From assembly GCA_019418525.1 (NCBI GenBank), contig DYBS01000002.1:1-41921 (forward strand): a stretch of DNA of 41,921 nucleotides, given 5' to 3'. A model generated the notes under the pieces. That model was not told the DNA's origin. It ran no database searches and saw only the letters and a list, made by a program, of their open reading frames with translations. The stretch is from Clostridiales bacterium (GTDB taxonomy: Bacteria; Bacillota; Clostridia; Oscillospirales; Oscillospiraceae). Shown piece by piece: positions 38,962-41,921 of the stretch (position 1 is the stretch's first letter; each line of letters opens with the position of its first letter). A program made the position numbers and the translations under genes.

Positions 38962-39816
38962 TTACTCGGCGGGGATGTACTTGTCGATGATGGACTGCAG
39001 GGTGCCGTCGGCCTGCAGGTCAGCCAGAGCGCCGTTGATGGCGTCCAGCAGGGCGGTGTTGCCCTTGGCCACGCCGATGGCGTAGTTCTCATTGGCGAAC
39101 TCGGTGTCCAGGATCTTCAGACCGGGGTTGGCCTTGACATACTCCTGAGCGGGAGCGTTGTCGATGACCACCGCGTCCACCTGGCCGTTGAGCAGAGCCT
39201 GCACAGCGGTGGCGCCGTCGTCATAAGCGGTGACGTGGTCCTCGCCGTAGCCGCCGTTCTCGGGGGTGTCGGAGCAGTAGATGTAGCCGGTGGTGCCGCG
39301 CTGGGTGCCGATCTTGTCGGCGTTGGCCAGGTCATCCACGGTGGCGATGTCGGAGTCCTCGGTGACGATGACCACCTGCACGCCGTTGGCGTAGCTGTCG
39401 GAGAAGTCCATCACCTGCTGGCGCTCCTCGTTGACGGTGACACCGGCCATGACCATGTCGCTCTTGCCGTTCTGGGCGGCCAGCAGGGCGGCGTCAAAGT
39501 CCATGTCGTCGATCTCCAGCTCCAGGCCCAGCTTGTCGGCGATGGCCTGGGCCACCTCCACGTCGATGCCCTCGAAGGAGCCGTCATCGGCCACCATCTC
39601 GTAGGGAGGGAACTGAGCATTGGTGCTCATGATGAGCTTGCCCTCTTCCACAGTGGTCAGGGCAGCCTCGGTGTTGCTGTCGTCAGGGGTGGTGCTCTCC
39701 TGGGCCGTGCTGGGCTGAGTGGAGGGCTGGGAGGCAGTGCCGCCGCCGCAGCCGGCCAGCAGGCCCAGAGACAGGGCCGCGCCCATACCAAGAGCAAGAA
39801 TCTTATTCCATTTCAT
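38962..39816 (-). CDS. Polar amino acid ABC substrate-binding lipoprotein (SBP family 3)
   Basis: Lipobox LAGC; STNAQFPPYE, GIDVEVA, DFSDSY, GTQRGTTG. Confidence 0.93.
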   Translation of the reverse strand: MKWNKILALGMGAALSLGLLAGCGGGTASQPSTQPSTAQESTTPDDSNTEAALTTVEEGKLIMSTNAQFPPYEMVADDGSFEGIDVEVAQAIADKLGLELEIDDMDFDAALLAAQNGKSDMVMAGVTVNEERQQVMDFSDSYANGVQVVIVTEDSDIATVDDLANADKIGTQRGTTGYIYCSDTPENGGYGEDHVTAYDDGATAVQALLNGQVDAVVIDNAPAQEYVKANPGLKILDTEFANENYAIGVAKGNTALLDAINGALADLQADGTLQSIIDKYIPAE

Positions 39817-39856
39817 AGTCATACTCTCCTCAGTGGGGATCGCTCCCCGGTTGTTG

Positions 39857-39891
39857 CGTATGATTATACACCTATTTCGTCGCCTATGCAA
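39857..39891 (-). promoter_or_regulatory. Promoter with candidate ARG-box-like operator
   Basis: TTGCAT-17 nt-TATAAT; near-palindrome TGTATAATCATACG overlaps the -10. Confidence 0.55.
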
Positions 39892-39974
39892 TCCATATCC
39901 ACCCGTCAAACTGCACAAATTTCCCGCTATTTTTCCCGTGATTCCGCTAAATTACCGGTCATTCAGAAAGCGAA

Positions 39975-40009
39975 CCGGGGAGGCAGCCCAGAAGCGGGTC
40001 ATCTCCCCG
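39975..40009 (-). terminator. Hairpin after oppA (possible terminator)
   Basis: CCGGGGAG...CTCCCCGG outer stem with an imperfect inner stem and a weak T tract. Confidence 0.5.
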
Positions 40010-40025
40010 GCGTATGAATATGTGT

Positions 40026-41792
40026 TCAGTTTCGGGCGGCATACTGGAAGAAGTAGTACCCCAGGGGAGAATAATACACCCCCTGGATACCGTCCGCCAT
40101 CAGGTACTGTTCCGTGTAGAAATAGATGGGGCCCACCACCCAGTCCCGACCGATAAGGATGTCCTCCGCCTCATGGAGAGCTTCCATCCGCGCCTGGGGC
40201 TCGCTGGTCTGACTGGCCCGGAGGATAGCGTTATCGTAGTCGGCGCTGGAGTAGAAGGCGGTGTTGGTGCCGCTGCCGGTGACCCACATGTCCAGGAAGG
40301 CCATAGGGTCGGTGTAGTCGGAGGTCCAGCCCATGCGGGAGAGCTGGTAGTCCCCCATCAGGTAAGACTGGAGGAAGGCTCCCCACTCCTGGCTCTTCAG
40401 GGTGACTTGAATCCCCAGGCCGTTCTGCCACATGGACTGGAGGGCCACCGCCACGTTCTCGTTGCTCTCGTCGGTGTTATAGAGGTACTCCACCGGCGGG
40501 AAGGCGCTGCGGTCGGTATAGCCCGCCTCATCCAGCAGGCGGTTGGCCTCGGCCAGGTTCTCCTGATAGATGGCGTCGGTGGTGGGGGTGGTCCAGTAGG
40601 AGCCGCCCTCGGTGCGGAAGTCGGAGTCCTCCACGGCGTCGGACACCCCGTTGGGCACGAAGCCGTCGGCGGGGAGCTGTCCGGACTGGGTGACGTGCTG
40701 GGTGATGTAGGCCGAGTCGATGGCCAGGGTGAAGGCCTTGCGCACCCTCCAGTCGTCAAAGGGGGCCTTCTGGGTCTGATAGGAGACATAAGAGGTGCCC
40801 AGATAGTCCAGCAGGTGCAGCTCTCCGCTCTCCAGCAGCGCGGGGACCTCATCCGTGGGGGCGTGGTTGATAAAGTCCAGCTCCTCCGCCCGGTAGGCGG
40901 TGTACTGGGCATTCACGTCGCCCATGAGGCGGAAGGTGATGGTGTCGGGGCCCAGAGCGGCGCAGTCATAGTACTCCGGGTTCTGCTCCAGGACGATGGA
41001 GGAGGAGTGGGTCCAGCTCTGGAGTTTGTAGGGCCCATTGCACAGATAGGTTTCCGGGTTCTGGGTCCACTGGTCGTTTCCCTCCACCACGTCGGCGCGC
41101 AGGGGCACCAGGTTGGGAAAGGCACACAGCTCCAGGAAGTAGGGGCAGTCGTAGCTCAGGTCCACCACAAAGGTGCGCTCGTCCGCCGCCGTGATGCCCA
41201 GGGTGTCCAGGCCGTCTCGGGGGACCTCCACCCCCTGGTCGGCGTACTCCCCGGCCTGGGCAGCGGTGAGGGCCGCGCCGGTCTCCGGGTCCCGGCCATA
41301 GACCACCGCATCGTAGCCCCGCACCATGGACAGCAGCCCGATGTAACCCGCCGCCGTCTCCGGGTCGCACAGCCGCTTCCAGGCGTAGGCGAAATCCTCC
41401 GCGGTCACCGCCTGACCGTCCCACCAGCGGGCGTCCTCCCGCAGAGTAAAGGTGTAGCGCGCCGTGCCGTCGTCGTTGACCGTCTTTTCATAGTCCGTGG
41501 CCTGGCCGTTGGTCAGCCGCGCGCTGGTGATGGGCGCGCCCTCCTCCAGAACCTGTCCGCTGTCCTCCCACTTCATCAGTCCCTCAAAGAGGTGCTGGAG
41601 CAGGATGCCGCCGTCCAGCGCGGTATTCAGGGTGGGATCGATGCTCTGAGGTTCCGAGGTAAAGCTCACCGCCAGATCAAAGGCCTCCTCCGCGCCGGGG
41701 CTCTTCTCAGTCTCCGGGCCACCGCAGGCACACAGCAGCCCGGCCAGGAGCGCGGTCAGAAGCAGCCAGGCTGCCGGTCGGATCTTGTTCAT
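40026..41792 (-). CDS. oppA: Oligopeptide ABC substrate-binding lipoprotein (SBP family 5)
   Basis: Lipobox LCAC; LFEGL, YTFTLREDARWWDG..VTAEDF, NGPYKL, VRKAFTLAID, GWTSDY. Confidence 0.9.
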   Translation of the reverse strand: MNKIRPAAWLLLTALLAGLLCACGGPETEKSPGAEEAFDLAVSFTSEPQSIDPTLNTALDGGILLQHLFEGLMKWEDSGQVLEEGAPITSARLTNGQATDYEKTVNDDGTARYTFTLREDARWWDGQAVTAEDFAYAWKRLCDPETAAGYIGLLSMVRGYDAVVYGRDPETGAALTAAQAGEYADQGVEVPRDGLDTLGITAADERTFVVDLSYDCPYFLELCAFPNLVPLRADVVEGNDQWTQNPETYLCNGPYKLQSWTHSSSIVLEQNPEYYDCAALGPDTITFRLMGDVNAQYTAYRAEELDFINHAPTDEVPALLESGELHLLDYLGTSYVSYQTQKAPFDDWRVRKAFTLAIDSAYITQHVTQSGQLPADGFVPNGVSDAVEDSDFRTEGGSYWTTPTTDAIYQENLAEANRLLDEAGYTDRSAFPPVEYLYNTDESNENVAVALQSMWQNGLGIQVTLKSQEWGAFLQSYLMGDYQLSRMGWTSDYTDPMAFLDMWVTGSGTNTAFYSSADYDNAILRASQTSEPQARMEALHEAEDILIGRDWVVGPIYFYTEQYLMADGIQGVYYSPLGYYFFQYAARN

Positions 41793-41825
41793 CGCAATCC
41801 CTCCAGTATCCGCTTTTTTCATTCT

Positions 41826-41921
41826 TCAGTTCGTTCCGCTCTGCCGGACCTGACGGCAGGCCACCCAGTGGCCGGGGGACACTTCCCGCAGCGGAGGGCG
41901 CCGCTGGGCGCACTCCTCCGA
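41826..41921 (-). CDS. C-terminal end of an oligopeptide ABC ATPase (OppD/OppF type; partial)
   Basis: Manual translation SEECAQRRPPLREVSPGHWVACRQVRQSGTN*, matching the C...P.L.EV..GH.VAC tail of Opp ATPases. Confidence 0.75.
   Translation of the reverse strand, partial: SEECAQRRPPLREVSPGHWVACRQVRQSGTN

Overview
GC-rich Firmicutes chromosome segment. The gene set and protein style suggest Clostridia, probably Oscillospiraceae (inference). Left to right: (1) a partial EF-G/TetM-like GTPase fused to a YacP/Rae1-type NYN domain; (2) the complete S10-spc-alpha ribosomal superoperon on the minus strand (rpsJ to rplQ, including secY, adk, map, a KOW protein, infA, rpsD and rpoA); (3) a GT-C/PMT-like membrane glycosyltransferase divergent from an XRE regulator; (4) an aromatic amino acid operon (aroF-aroB-aroA-aroC-pheA-aroK-aroQ-[FUSC/ArAE-aroE fusion]); (5) an SLH surface protein divergent from a degenerate-GGDEF/EAL protein; (6) greA with a small Cys-rich membrane ORF; (7) asp23-fakA-kptA; (8) a polar amino acid ABC transporter and the end of an opp operon. 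I saw no mobile elements, CRISPR arrays, tRNA or rRNA genes. The most interesting signals are non-coding or below the ORF-track cut-off. One is a 34-aa Phe/Tyr/Trp-containing leader peptide with attenuator architecture upstream of the aro operon. Another is a 404-nt break in the spc operon with a candidate promoter and a hairpin that mimics the S8-binding site of 16S rRNA helix 21, directly upstream of rpsH. A multi-way-junction RNA lies upstream of rplQ. All structure calls are by-eye base pairing; no folding or database searches were run.
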